NCBI GenBank assembly: GCA_040384805.1 | Contig: JAZKIP010000008.1 | Location: forward strand, 36,749-100,748 | DNA: 64,000 nt | Reading direction: 5' to 3' | Source: Patescibacteria group bacterium | GTDB lineage: Bacteria; Patescibacteriota; Minisyncoccia; Phycocordibacterales; UBA9973 | In this document: positions 42,877 through 52,918 of the stretch, piece after piece | Position numbering within the stretch: the stretch's first letter is position 1 | Layout of the letters: every line of letters begins with the position of its first letter | Notes under the pieces: generated by a model | What the model saw: only the letters and a program-made list of their open reading frames with translations | What the model was told of the DNA's origin: nothing | Database searches by the model: none | Made by a program: the position numbers and the translations under genes

Positions 42877-44100
42877 TTATTCATACCGTAGCGCTTCGAT
42901 CGGGTTGAGATTCGATGCGCGGCGGGCCGGATAATAGCCGAAAATAATACCGATCGCGGCCGATACTCCAAAGGCCAACAGTACCGAAGAAACCGATACG
43001 CTTGTCTGCAATATTCCCAATGATGAGACCGCAAATGAAATGAGCCATCCAAGCGCCACCCCTGCCACTCCCCCGATGAATGTGAGCATCGTCGCCTCGA
43101 TCAAGAACTGAAGGTTAATATCTTTCTTCTTGGCGCCGATCGCCTTGCGCAGGCCGATCTCACGCGTTCTTTCCGTGACGGTCGTGAGCATCATATTCAT
43201 GATACCGATACCTCCGACAAGAAGGGAGATTCCCGCAACGGCAGCCAAGAGTGTCGTGAATGTGCCTGTCACCGACGACGCAGCCGCAACGATATCAGCC
43301 TGATTAAGTGTTGAGAAATCCGCCGAAGCAGGATCTGAAATATTATGGCGGTCAAGAAGAATAGCCGTAACGTCAGTTTGTACCTGTGTCGTCGATTCGG
43401 CATCTAATGCCGCGATACTAATGCTCGACACATATTTATCACCCGAGAAATATCTCTGAGCTGTTGAAAGAGGAATATAGATTATATCATCGGCATTCTG
43501 GAACCCGGATCCGCCTTTCGCGCGGGTCACGCCGATAATCTTGAATTCGGTCTGCTTTATACGGATACTCTGCCCTACTACGGACGCGCCTTCGCCAAAA
43601 AGATCATCACGTGTCGAAGGACCAAGCACCGCTACTTTTGATCCGCTTTGATTATTGCTTTCTGTGATAAAGACTCCCTCTTCCACTTCCACATTGCGCA
43701 CTAGGGTGTACGAAGGAGTCACTCCGTTGACGGTCGTATTCGTGTTGGTGCCGCGCGCGGTCACTTGATACCGGCCGGAAACTTCGGCGGTCACCGCTTT
43801 GACCCCCGTGACATCCTCTGAAATTGCCGTCATATCTTCGACGGTCAAAGATTTCGCAGAACCGCGTCCCGCGCTTACAGAAACCCCCGCTCCCCTCTGA
43901 GCGCCCGGAGTAACGATAATGAGATTCGAGCCGATCGATTGAATGGAGGCTTCAATCGAGTTCTGAGCTCCCGTGCCAATGGCCGTCATCGCGATGACAG
44001 AACTAATGCCGATAATAATGCCGAGCATCGTAAGGCCCGAGCGAACTTTGTTCGCCGATAATGCACGGTATGTTTCTTCGAGGATATCGTTTAATTTCAT
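42877..44100 (-). CDS. MacB/YknZ-like ABC permease
   Basis: RSGLTMLGIIIG, GGIGIMNMML.TVTERTREIGLRKAIGA and PIEALRYE motifs. Confidence 0.94.
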   Translation of the reverse strand: MKLNDILEETYRALSANKVRSGLTMLGIIIGISSVIAMTAIGTGAQNSIEASIQSIGSNLIIVTPGAQRGAGVSVSAGRGSAKSLTVEDMTAISEDVTGVKAVTAEVSGRYQVTARGTNTNTTVNGVTPSYTLVRNVEVEEGVFITESNNQSGSKVAVLGPSTRDDLFGEGASVVGQSIRIKQTEFKIIGVTRAKGGSGFQNADDIIYIPLSTAQRYFSGDKYVSSISIAALDAESTTQVQTDVTAILLDRHNISDPASADFSTLNQADIVAAASSVTGTFTTLLAAVAGISLLVGGIGIMNMMLTTVTERTREIGLRKAIGAKKKDINLQFLIEATMLTFIGGVAGVALGWLISFAVSSLGILQTSVSVSSVLLAFGVSAAIGIIFGYYPARRASNLNPIEALRYE

Positions 44101-44804
44101 ATATGATGGGCGTGTTTTTTATTTTCCGTCTTCTTGTCGCTTTGAATGACACCATCGCGGATATGGATGATGCGGTCTGCGTGTTCCGCAACATCCTGCT
44201 CGTGAGTAATAAGAATAATCGTCCGGCCTAAGTCCTTATTGAGCTTCTGAAATGTACCGAGCACGATCTCGCCTGTCTTCGAATCAAGATTCCCCGTGGG
44301 CTCGTCGGCAAGAATAAGCGCCGGTTCGTTCACGAGCGCCCGAGCGATGGCAACGCGCTGAATCTGCCCACCTGAGAGCTGATTGGACAGATGGCTGAAA
44401 TGCGCTTCGTCGAGACCCGAAGCGGCAAGTGCTTTTTTTGCGCGCGCCTCTCTTTCACTTTTGGGAACGCCGCTGTAAATAAGAGGAAGGCTTACATTGC
44501 GCAATACGCTTGTCCGGGGCAAGAGATTGAACGCCTGAAAGACGAATCCGATCTTATCATGGCGGATAACAGCAAGATCGTCATCGGAAAGCTCCGAGAC
44601 ATCTTTGCCGTCAAGATGATACGAGCCAGATGTCGGCGTATCAAGAGCGCCGAGAATATGCATAAGCGTTGACTTGCCTGATCCTGACGGACCCATGATC
44701 GCAACGAATTCTCCATCCTCGATGGTAAAACTCACACCTTTAAGAGCTTGAAAATCAATATCTCCCGTTTTATATGTTTTTGTAATGTCTTTGACTTCAA
44801 TCAT
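44097..44804 (-). CDS. MacB/LolD-like ABC ATPase
   Basis: [13 protein letters not shown] and ADEPTGNLD motifs. Confidence 0.95.
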   Translation of the reverse strand: MIEVKDITKTYKTGDIDFQALKGVSFTIEDGEFVAIMGPSGSGKSTLMHILGALDTPTSGSYHLDGKDVSELSDDDLAVIRHDKIGFVFQAFNLLPRTSVLRNVSLPLIYSGVPKSEREARAKKALAASGLDEAHFSHLSNQLSGGQIQRVAIARALVNEPALILADEPTGNLDSKTGEIVLGTFQKLNKDLGRTIILITHEQDVAEHADRIIHIRDGVIQSDKKTENKKHAHHI

Positions 44805-44805
44805 A

Positions 44806-46380
44806 TTATCGTCCGATCGCGCGGAATGTCGCGCCTCCTGTGGTACCTCCTCCCCTGTTCTGTCCGCCCAAAAGGCTCGTTGCCGACGGCGCGGCAGATG
44901 ATGCGGATTTACCGGAAGTAGTAATGGTTCGAGACACTACCTTGTCTCCTTCGGCAAGCCCCGATATAATTTCAGTCGTCGTATCGTCGGATAATCCGAC
45001 TTCGACTTCCTGCTCGCGTGGCGGAGTTTCCGAAAGCGATCCTTGTGTGCCAAGTTCAGGCTCTGGAAGATCGCTATCGAACATTTCGACATAGGAGATG
45101 CCATTTCGAACTTTCACCGCGCTTGCGGGAATGGTCAAAACATCCTGCGCGATGCCGGCCACAATGGCGGCCGTTACGCTCATACCCGGTTTAACCCTCT
45201 CGTCCTCGCTTGCAAAGCTTATTTTGACGGTATAGTTTACGACTCCCTGCGTCACGGTTCCGACAGGATCGATTGAGACGACTTCTCCCGCAATCGAGAG
45301 GTCTTCGATTGCATCGAAGGTAAGAGTTGCCTTATCCGAAAGAGCAATCTTCGCGACATCGACTTCATTAAGCGTAATAGTTGCGATCTTTTGGTGAGTG
45401 ATAATCGATCCGAGAGTACCGCTTGCCGTCGTTCCTACCGACACACCAACGGTTGCGATAGTACCGTCAAAAGGAGCTGTGACATAATAATCTGACAACG
45501 CTTGTCTGGCATCAGTGAGAGCGTTTTCCTTTTGCCGAACGGAAAGTTCTCGTGAGACGATCGTGGCTTCGGCCTGTTGAAGAGTTTTTTTCGATGATTG
45601 TTCTCTTTCATTATATGATCGCAGATTTGAGAGATAGGATTTTGAGCTCGGAGATGGAACATCGATATACCATTTTTCATTTGCTCTGGGTAACGATGAG
45701 AATGTGACATACAAACCTTGTGTCCCTAGAGCTTTCGGAACATTAACGTCGATGGGGAAAGCGCCCGATTCAAGACCCGTATAATTGACGCAGACGATAC
45801 CCTCACAAGCATAGACAGATAAAGTATACTGACCCTGCGCCACGGAATTATATGAGCCAGAGAGGGTTACGATATTCGTATTGCTATTGGTATCATCAGG
45901 CACGGCAATAACATCACTGTTTAAATTAAGCATAAGATTTTGGAGAGACGAGTTCTCTGAAACTTTGGTATCCTCATAATCGCGGCGCGCATCGGCAAGA
46001 TCGTTACGAGCGATTTCCAAAGCAAGCGTCGTATCTCGAACCGCTTTCTCCGCGCTTTGTGCATTGATGGAAAAAAGGGTCTTGCCTTTCTTGACCGTAT
46101 CGCCTGCTTTGACACCGACATATGTTACTTCTCCGCTTGATTGTGATTGAAGATCAACATGGCTTGAGGCCGATACCTGTCCGCTTCCGGAAATGGATAC
46201 GACAACGGTGCCTTTCGCGGCAGCCGATTCCACATAGCGCGTCACAGTGTCGTCATTTCCGCCGAATACTTTATACCCCACAAAGACAAGGATCGCGACG
46301 ATAACAAGCGTCCATATTTTGTGAGTGACAACGAAAGACCGTATTTTCTGAAAAAATCTCGAAGATGTTATCTTGTTCAT
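44806..46380 (-). CDS. Membrane-fusion / periplasmic adaptor protein (MacA/YknX-like)
   Basis: VKAGDTVKKG, APFDG, KPGMS and GLAEGDKV motifs. Confidence 0.9.
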   Translation of the reverse strand: MNKITSSRFFQKIRSFVVTHKIWTLVIVAILVFVGYKVFGGNDDTVTRYVESAAAKGTVVVSISGSGQVSASSHVDLQSQSSGEVTYVGVKAGDTVKKGKTLFSINAQSAEKAVRDTTLALEIARNDLADARRDYEDTKVSENSSLQNLMLNLNSDVIAVPDDTNSNTNIVTLSGSYNSVAQGQYTLSVYACEGIVCVNYTGLESGAFPIDVNVPKALGTQGLYVTFSSLPRANEKWYIDVPSPSSKSYLSNLRSYNEREQSSKKTLQQAEATIVSRELSVRQKENALTDARQALSDYYVTAPFDGTIATVGVSVGTTASGTLGSIITHQKIATITLNEVDVAKIALSDKATLTFDAIEDLSIAGEVVSIDPVGTVTQGVVNYTVKISFASEDERVKPGMSVTAAIVAGIAQDVLTIPASAVKVRNGISYVEMFDSDLPEPELGTQGSLSETPPREQEVEVGLSDDTTTEIISGLAEGDKVVSRTITTSGKSASSAAPSATSLLGGQNRGGGTTGGATFRAIGR

Positions 46381-46382
46381 AA

Positions 46383-46904
46383 TTATTGGGCCATGCCGGG
46401 ATTAATTACATTATAATATTCAGGCGGGGTTGGCAGTATGCGTATTAATTTGGCCTCGACTTGGCCTTCTGTATTCGGTGAACCAATGACAACGATAAAG
46501 CTATCGACGGTCAAATCATCCTTCGTCGCATTTTCCCTGAACTTGCGAATATCGGTATTCTCCGTGATACGGATAATCTTTTCAGTCTCATCTTTATCTT
46601 CGACGATCAAGGTTGGGTATTCGACTTTCACAATTTTTCCGATAGCGCCATGGGCATTGGGGAAATTCTCAGGCATCGAAACGATCATCATGCGGCCGCG
46701 CTCGGCGGGACCGAAATTACGGACATAATTATCATGCCATGCTCTTCCGTACGAGGCTTTGCGAAATCCGACCATGACGCCCGCTTGAAAAATGGCGCTT
46801 GTTATAAGAAGAATGCAGAAGACAGAGATAATGATTTTAAAAGTTTTCGATCGAACCGCTTGTGTAAGCGTGTCGGGGGTCTTGGTATCTGTATCATGAT
46901 TCAT
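46383..46904 (-). CDS. Membrane-anchored DUF5666-like protein
   Basis: TM helix; GKIVKV...DLTVDSFIVVIG...VEAKLIR. Confidence 0.65.
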   Translation of the reverse strand: MNHDTDTKTPDTLTQAVRSKTFKIIISVFCILLITSAIFQAGVMVGFRKASYGRAWHDNYVRNFGPAERGRMMIVSMPENFPNAHGAIGKIVKVEYPTLIVEDKDETEKIIRITENTDIRKFRENATKDDLTVDSFIVVIGSPNTEGQVEAKLIRILPTPPEYYNVINPGMAQ

Positions 46905-46930
46905 ATGTGATGTATTTTATATAATAATTA

Positions 46931-47329
46931 TTATGCCGCTCGTAACGATCCCCTCCAGCCGGATATGGTGCGCCTGCCGAAAATAAGGATAAGCAGAAGC
47001 GATCCGAGACACAGAACCAAAGTTGTGGCCGGCAAAGCATCGACAAGAGAAAAGAGAAACTCCTTCCAATACAGTGTCACTGCCTGCGTGTCGGAAAAGA
47101 GAAGCGACATATACTGATAAAACCCTGTTTGGCTAAATTGCGATGTCAGGCTCTCTATGATAAGTATTGAAAAACCGAGAGACAGGAGAGTTGCGCCCAG
47201 ATTTATCGAGCGGTTGATGACTGTAAGCTTCTTCTGTCGCGATACGATGCGGAAAAGGATATGATCTGAAAGCCCGGCATCGGGATAATAAAGAGGCTCT
47301 TTCAACGCTATCTCCAGTTTTTCTTCCAT
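46931..47329 (-). CDS. Putative membrane anti-sigma factor
   Basis: Directly downstream of the ECF sigma gene; PDAGLSDHIL motif followed by two TM helices. Confidence 0.55.
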   Translation of the reverse strand: MEEKLEIALKEPLYYPDAGLSDHILFRIVSRQKKLTVINRSINLGATLLSLGFSILIIESLTSQFSQTGFYQYMSLLFSDTQAVTLYWKEFLFSLVDALPATTLVLCLGSLLLILIFGRRTISGWRGSLRAA

Positions 47330-47339
47330 ACTGTTGTTA

Positions 47340-47367
47340 TATACGGGGGGCATATGATTTTGGTGCA
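47340..47367 (-). promoter_or_regulatory. ECF-sigma-type promoter
   Basis: Minus strand TGCACC-N16-CGTATA, 10 nt upstream of ATG 47329. Confidence 0.6.
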
Positions 47368-47368
47368 A

Positions 47369-47917
47369 TCAGCTCATCATTGCCCGGAGCTTTTGCACTG
47401 CTCTTCTGTGATGGCTTTTGACGGTGTTAAGCGGCTTCGACAGGACTTCTCCTATTTCGGCAAATGTCATGTCTTCCCCGTAATACATAAGGAGAACGGT
47501 TTGATAATCAGCCGGAAGCTTTGCGATCATGCCATTGAGAAAGGTCTTGTCTTCGAGCTTCTCGAGCATCTCGTCAGGAAGAGGGCTTTCATCTGCGATC
47601 GATTCGTCAAAGGAATCCGTATCGTCGTTTTGAATATCGGAGAAAACAAGCGACCGTTTCTTTCGCAGATGATCGATGATCGTATTGCGCGCGATGGCAA
47701 AAATCCATGTCTTGAAGCGAGCTTTCGACGCGTTGAATTTTCCGATGCTTTTCCACGCCTTAATGAAAACATCCTGAACGACATCAGCCGCGTGGAATGT
47801 TCCCGTGAAGCGGGCAGTAAAGTTGTAGAGAATGGGCGTATAGCGGTCAATCAGAATTTTGAGCGCCTGCGGATCACCTTCGAGATATTGTGTAATTACA
47901 TCTTCATCAGTGTCCAT
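47369..47917 (-). CDS. ECF RNA polymerase sigma factor
   Basis: DVVQDVFIKAW, FKTWIFAIARNTIIDHLRK and EIGEVL..PLNTVKS motifs. Confidence 0.94.
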   Translation of the reverse strand: MDTDEDVITQYLEGDPQALKILIDRYTPILYNFTARFTGTFHAADVVQDVFIKAWKSIGKFNASKARFKTWIFAIARNTIIDHLRKKRSLVFSDIQNDDTDSFDESIADESPLPDEMLEKLEDKTFLNGMIAKLPADYQTVLLMYYGEDMTFAEIGEVLSKPLNTVKSHHRRAVQKLRAMMS

Positions 47918-47960
47918 TTATACACTATACCTTTAAATTCTGATTTTGGGGAAGAGTATT

Positions 47961-49433
47961 TTATTTCTCAAGATCCAATATCTCGTCAATGCGGATCTGC
48001 GAAACGAAATCCGGCACATGAGACACAAGGATCATCGCTCCCTCATATGAATCGAGCGCTTTAGCGATAACAGGCAAATGACGGAAATTGATATGGTTCG
48101 TCGGCTCATCAAGGATCAGAAGTCCGGGGCGCTCGATCACGAGACGGGCAAAGGCAACGAGGCCCTTCTGGCCTTCGGAAAGGCTTCCGATCCTCGTATG
48201 GACCATATCGCCTGTGATAAGGAAGCTTGCGGCAACAGCGCGCAGATTTTGTTCATCAACGCGGCCGTTAACAGACCGCGACATTTCGGCAAGCGAATCA
48301 AATACCGTATCGTCGAAATTAAGCGTCGAGAAATCCTGACGGTAATATCCGACACGAACGCATGGCGCAATGAGAGACCCCTCCGCTTTCCCCCCCGCAA
48401 GAGACTCGAGAAGAGTGCTCTTGCCGATGCCGTTAGGGCCGACAAGCAGAAGATGCTTGTTGCGGCGCAAAGCGATCGAAACTTTTTTCTTGGCGGGTTT
48501 TCCATTTTTTAAAACAGTGACGGATGAAAGAGTGACGATATCGCCAATAAGATCTCCTTGAAATGGTATGGTAAAGGGCCGAATTGTCTTGTCCTCCTTT
48601 CGCACGTCCACTTTCTCTTCCTCAAGATCTTCGGCAAGCTCGCGCATGCGTTTGGCAACCGCGCGCAGATTTCCTCCTTTCATGGCAAATGCATTGGCCT
48701 GCTCTTTCTTGGCAAGGATTTCCTTCGACAAGAGCGCGTTCTTGCGGTTCTCGCGTTCCATGCGCGCTGTTATCTGATCCCGAACATCGGTGTAGTTTCC
48801 GACATATTGCTCGATCTTGCGCGTATACACATCAAGATACAAGACAGCATCAGTAAATGAATTGAGAAATTCGGCATCGTGAGAGATGACAATAACTGTC
48901 TTTTTGTATTTCACCAGAAAATCAGTAAGATGCTTGATTCCCGCCTTGTCGAGATTATTTGTCGGCTCATCAAGAAGGAGAATATCCGGTTCCTGAATGA
49001 GAGCCGAGGCAAGAAGCAATCGCGCCTGCTGACCGCCCGAGAAAGACCTCATGATTCTGTCATGGACTTTCTCATGACCTTTCAGATTAACAATTTCCAA
49101 TACGTCATCGATCTTGGGATCAATGTCGTATACTTTCTTATCAAAGCGCTTCTCAAAGAATTCCCGGACTGAAAGATCAAGCTCATCGCGCGGAATCACC
49201 TGCCGCGACAATGCGATCGTTGCCCGCTGAGCAAGATGAATCTGTCCGTCCTCGGGCTGATTCTGCCCGGTGATGAGGGAGAAGATGGTACTTTTGCCGG
49301 CGCCGTTCTGGCCCATGATCGTGACCTTCATGCCGCGGCGCACCGAAAAATCAACAGTATCGAGGATCGATTTGTTGTGACCGTATTCAAATGAGACTTT
49401 TTCAAAGCGTATGACGACTTCCCCGTGAGACAT
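47961..49433 (-). CDS. ABC-F family ATPase
   Basis: Two NBDs (GQNGAGKS, GPNGIGKS; DEPTNNLD, DEPTNHI), YVGNY linker, no TM segments. Confidence 0.92.
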   Translation of the reverse strand: MSHGEVVIRFEKVSFEYGHNKSILDTVDFSVRRGMKVTIMGQNGAGKSTIFSLITGQNQPEDGQIHLAQRATIALSRQVIPRDELDLSVREFFEKRFDKKVYDIDPKIDDVLEIVNLKGHEKVHDRIMRSFSGGQQARLLLASALIQEPDILLLDEPTNNLDKAGIKHLTDFLVKYKKTVIVISHDAEFLNSFTDAVLYLDVYTRKIEQYVGNYTDVRDQITARMERENRKNALLSKEILAKKEQANAFAMKGGNLRAVAKRMRELAEDLEEEKVDVRKEDKTIRPFTIPFQGDLIGDIVTLSSVTVLKNGKPAKKKVSIALRRNKHLLLVGPNGIGKSTLLESLAGGKAEGSLIAPCVRVGYYRQDFSTLNFDDTVFDSLAEMSRSVNGRVDEQNLRAVAASFLITGDMVHTRIGSLSEGQKGLVAFARLVIERPGLLILDEPTNHINFRHLPVIAKALDSYEGAMILVSHVPDFVSQIRIDEILDLEK

Positions 49434-49492
49434 AGGTCTTCATACTACAGCATGTGGGCTTAAATTGAAAGATGCGGTCTCGCAACCAGCAC

Positions 49493-49521
49493 AAAAAGGC
49501 CGCTTCATATGTGAAGCGGCC
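49493..49521 (-). terminator. Intrinsic terminator
   Basis: Minus strand ggccgcttca-cata-tgaagcggcc-ttttt. Confidence 0.8.
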
Positions 49522-49681
49522 CCGGATAAACCAACAAGCCACATATTAGTAACACAGCCAAGGAAGGACCCATTCACGGCCTAAGAGAACCAAGGACTGG
49601 CCATACTCTCTCTGTGAATGCAGAAGATTCAACCTTATTGAAGCATATCTGTTTTATTATGTAAATATCCAGAAACAATAC

Positions 49682-50053
49682 TTACGATAGAATCGCATTC
49701 ACTTTCTTGATGTCTTCTGCAATCTGATGCAAGAGATCCTCCGGATTGGCGAAATTCTTTATCTCGCGCAAGCGCTTTACAACATCGATTTCTATATCTA
49801 CCCCTTCCGTATCCGGAACAGTTTCGTCCGTAATGTTGAGCAAATATACTTCAAGGGTATACTCTTTCTCATTGAAAGTCGGCACCGGGCCGTAATGAAG
49901 AGCGCCTTTGTATGTTTTATTGCGAACAACTACCCACGAGGCGTAAATGCCCGGGTCCAATGCCAGATCTTCGGGCGCCTCAAGATTGATCGTCGGAAAT
50001 CCGAGCGTATGCCCGCGACCCTTGCCTTTAATGTGTTGTGCGTGGAATATCAT
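49682..50053 (-). CDS. Monofunctional riboflavin kinase (RibF C-terminal domain only)
   Basis: GKGRGHTLGFPTIN, GIY, PTF, EVYLL and LREIKNF motifs. Confidence 0.9.
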   Translation of the reverse strand: MIFHAQHIKGKGRGHTLGFPTINLEAPEDLALDPGIYASWVVVRNKTYKGALHYGPVPTFNEKEYTLEVYLLNITDETVPDTEGVDIEIDVVKRLREIKNFANPEDLLHQIAEDIKKVNAILS

Positions 50054-50951
50054 ATGATTGTAACCGTGAGATCCTGTACATCGCGTATGTAAGAATAAGT
50101 GCGGCGATCCACTGCGACCATGACAATACCGTATGGTAGACTGTCATATCGATAATGATGGCGACGAACGGAAACGCGAGCTCAAGTATGGTTGAAATAT
50201 GAACAGGCGTCTTTGATAGTCCTTTGTAATAGATAAGAAGCGCGACCATGCCTGTCGAAAGAGCGATCAAGGCAAAGAGGCCGAATTGCGAAGGCGTGGG
50301 AGCTCCCAATGAGCTTCCGTATCCGAAAGCGAATATGACGGCAAGAGCAATAATGCTCGTAAATAAAAAGCGGTAAAACGTGCTCACCTTATGAGACACT
50401 TTCGAGAGGGTCATCTTCGAAAATGTGGTCGATGTTCCCCATGCGAAAGCCGCTCCGAGCGCGTAGAGCGCGGCGATGATCGTTCCCTCGCCTGTCTCGA
50501 TATTGACTATGCCATTCTTAAACGTTACGAAGTATGCAGCGACGATGGCAATGACGGCCCAGCGAATATATTTTCGATTGAACTTTTCTTTGAGAAATAG
50601 CGAGGCACTCGTAATGGCAAATATGGGCTGAAGCTTCTGGAGAAGAAAGACAACCGAGAAGGAAATAAAATGGACTTTCAACAAAGCTGTCGTAAACCAG
50701 AGCGTCCCGAGAAGGCCGCTTAAGATCGCGATCAGAAGCAAAAGCCACATCTGCTTGCGGGGCACTCTTTCGGTGCGCAGGCTTTTCCATATAAACGGTG
50801 TGAGAATAATAAGGCCGATCAGATGTTCGAAGAATATGATCGTAATCGGAGGAAGAGTATATAAAAATCGTCGAATCACTCCGTCGAATGCCCACAGCAA
50901 TGCCGCAATAATAATGAGAAGCGGCCCGTTGGTACTTTTGAATAATTTCAT
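50028..50951 (-). CDS. EamA/DMT family transporter
   Basis: 10 TM helices, two EamA-like repeats (LQP.F...FLKEK). Confidence 0.88.
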   Translation of the reverse strand: MKLFKSTNGPLLIIIAALLWAFDGVIRRFLYTLPPITIIFFEHLIGLIILTPFIWKSLRTERVPRKQMWLLLLIAILSGLLGTLWFTTALLKVHFISFSVVFLLQKLQPIFAITSASLFLKEKFNRKYIRWAVIAIVAAYFVTFKNGIVNIETGEGTIIAALYALGAAFAWGTSTTFSKMTLSKVSHKVSTFYRFLFTSIIALAVIFAFGYGSSLGAPTPSQFGLFALIALSTGMVALLIYYKGLSKTPVHISTILELAFPFVAIIIDMTVYHTVLSWSQWIAALILTYAMYRISRLQSYDIPRTTH

Positions 50952-51063
50952 ATAGATCAAAGTATACTATTTTCTTTTATGTGTAGATATTGATTTTATA
51001 TCAAGATATGTTATAATAAGTAGGATAAGATTTTGTTATTTTGTTCATTTAAATCAAAGCACA

Positions 51064-51489
51064 ATGATAATCCAATTTACGCGGTTGATTATTATCAACA
51101 AAAAACTGCCTGACAACCTATCTCCAGATGACATTAAAGCCCAAACTGTGGGAAGAGTCGCCCTTTTTTGCGCCAACACCAGACCGGAAATGATACTGAC
51201 CGGAAAAACTCTTTCCCAAACTGTGGGAGTCGATGTTATCGAATCGGAATATTTTGATGCTATGCACATTACAGGATATTCATACCCCGGATTTGAAATC
51301 ATCAAGAAAGCCGAAGCGGATACCGCAATAGTAATAGGCAATTCATTTTTCCTTGTTTCCTTTTTAGGATCTCTGGAGAAGATAAAGGGGGTAAATATCG
51401 CCAATTCTGTCATTATGAACAAGCAAATCTATAGTTCAACCGTAACACTCATTGACTGGACGGAAGACGTAAAGATAGAGAGGCTGTGA
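51064..51489 (+). CDS. Hypothetical protein
   Basis: 141-aa ORF followed by a hairpin and T-run at 51514-51545. Confidence 0.5.
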   Translation: MIIQFTRLIIINKKLPDNLSPDDIKAQTVGRVALFCANTRPEMILTGKTLSQTVGVDVIESEYFDAMHITGYSYPGFEIIKKAEADTAIVIGNSFFLVSFLGSLEKIKGVNIANSVIMNKQIYSSTVTLIDWTEDVKIERL

Positions 51490-51543
51490 TAACTTCCGTA
51501 TTGATAATCAATGAAGCGTTGGCCTAAAAAAGGTCAGCGCTTT

Positions 51544-52911
51544 TTATTTTATACACACGTTCTTGATATTGACGAATTCTTTGATGCCGTAAGCCGACAG
51601 TTCCCTTCCGTAACCCGATCTCTTCACCCCTCCGAACGGCATACGGATATCGGATTTGACGAATCTGTTGACGAAGACATTCCCTGCTTCGATTTGGGGA
51701 ATAAGGCGTTTGATTAAATCGCGATCTCTCGTAAAGAATGCCGCTCCCAAGCCATAAGGATTGTCATTGGCGATCATGATCGCTTCCTCGACAGTAGTAA
51801 ATTCGATTATGGAAAATACGGGTCCGAAGATTTCCTCATCATAAGCGGGCATGCCTTTCATCACACCTCGCACAATAGTCGGCATATAAAAATACCCTTT
51901 TCCCTCGGGGCGTACGCCGCCATATGCAATCCTTGCTCCTTTCTGTACCGATTCATCGACTTGGCGCATGACATCGGCAAGACCCTGCTCTGTCGCAAGA
52001 GGGCCCACATCGGTTGCAGAGTTCATCGGGTCGCCAACAACAAGAGTACTTAATTTTTCCGCGAGAAGCGCGGTAAATTCTTCGATAACATCAGAATGAA
52101 TGACGAATCTCTTCGCTGCGATGCAGCTCTGTCCCGTGTTATCCTGGAGTCGTGCATAGAGAGCATTCTCGACTGCTGAGGCAATATCAGCATCCGAAAA
52201 AACGATAAAGGGATCAGTGCCGCCAAGTTCGAGGACCGTTTTCTTGATCTCCTCGCCTGCGATCCGAGCGACGTCGCTTCCCGCCTTTTCGCTTCCGGTA
52301 AGAGTGACTGCCGCGACGCGCTTGTCCCGGATGACTTTCTCCACGCGCGCGGCCGAAAGGCGAAGATTCTGAAATACACCTTCCGGAAATCCGCAGGCAC
52401 GGAAAGATTCTTCGATCGCCTGTGCGCATTGCGGAACATTGGACGCATGCTTAAGAAGCGCCACATTGCCTGCCATGATCGCAGGGGCTGCGAAGCGGTA
52501 CACCTGCCAGTAAGGAAAGTTCCACGGCATAACGGCTAAAACAGGGCCAAGCGGATCAAATCTGACATATCTTTCCTCATCAGCGGTCGGAAGCTCTTCA
52601 ATCGACAATATTTTCTCAGTATTCTCGGCATAATATTCGCAGACTGACGCGCATTTCTCAACGCTCGGCTTGCCTGAAGAGAACGTCTTGCCCATTTCGA
52701 TTGTCTGCAATTTCGATAATTCGTCCGAATGCTTGCGCAGGTATTTCGCAAGCGTTGTCATAAGACGCGCGCGTTCCTGATATGTCGTATTCCTCCATAG
52801 CTTGAATGCAGAGTCGGCTAAAGATAATTTAGACTCAAGTTCATCATCTCTGATTTCTTCAAATACTTCGAGGACCTCTTCCGTTGCCGGGTTTTTTGTC
52901 TGTAGTGCCAT
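51544..52911 (-). CDS. NAD(P)-dependent succinate-semialdehyde dehydrogenase-like aldehyde dehydrogenase
   Basis: MPWNFP, KHASNVP, LELGG, GQSCIAAKR, EEIFGP and PFGGVKRSGYGRE motifs. Confidence 0.9.
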   Translation of the reverse strand: MALQTKNPATEEVLEVFEEIRDDELESKLSLADSAFKLWRNTTYQERARLMTTLAKYLRKHSDELSKLQTIEMGKTFSSGKPSVEKCASVCEYYAENTEKILSIEELPTADEERYVRFDPLGPVLAVMPWNFPYWQVYRFAAPAIMAGNVALLKHASNVPQCAQAIEESFRACGFPEGVFQNLRLSAARVEKVIRDKRVAAVTLTGSEKAGSDVARIAGEEIKKTVLELGGTDPFIVFSDADIASAVENALYARLQDNTGQSCIAAKRFVIHSDVIEEFTALLAEKLSTLVVGDPMNSATDVGPLATEQGLADVMRQVDESVQKGARIAYGGVRPEGKGYFYMPTIVRGVMKGMPAYDEEIFGPVFSIIEFTTVEEAIMIANDNPYGLGAAFFTRDRDLIKRLIPQIEAGNVFVNRFVKSDIRMPFGGVKRSGYGRELSAYGIKEFVNIKNVCIK

Positions 52912-52918
52912 AGGCTTA

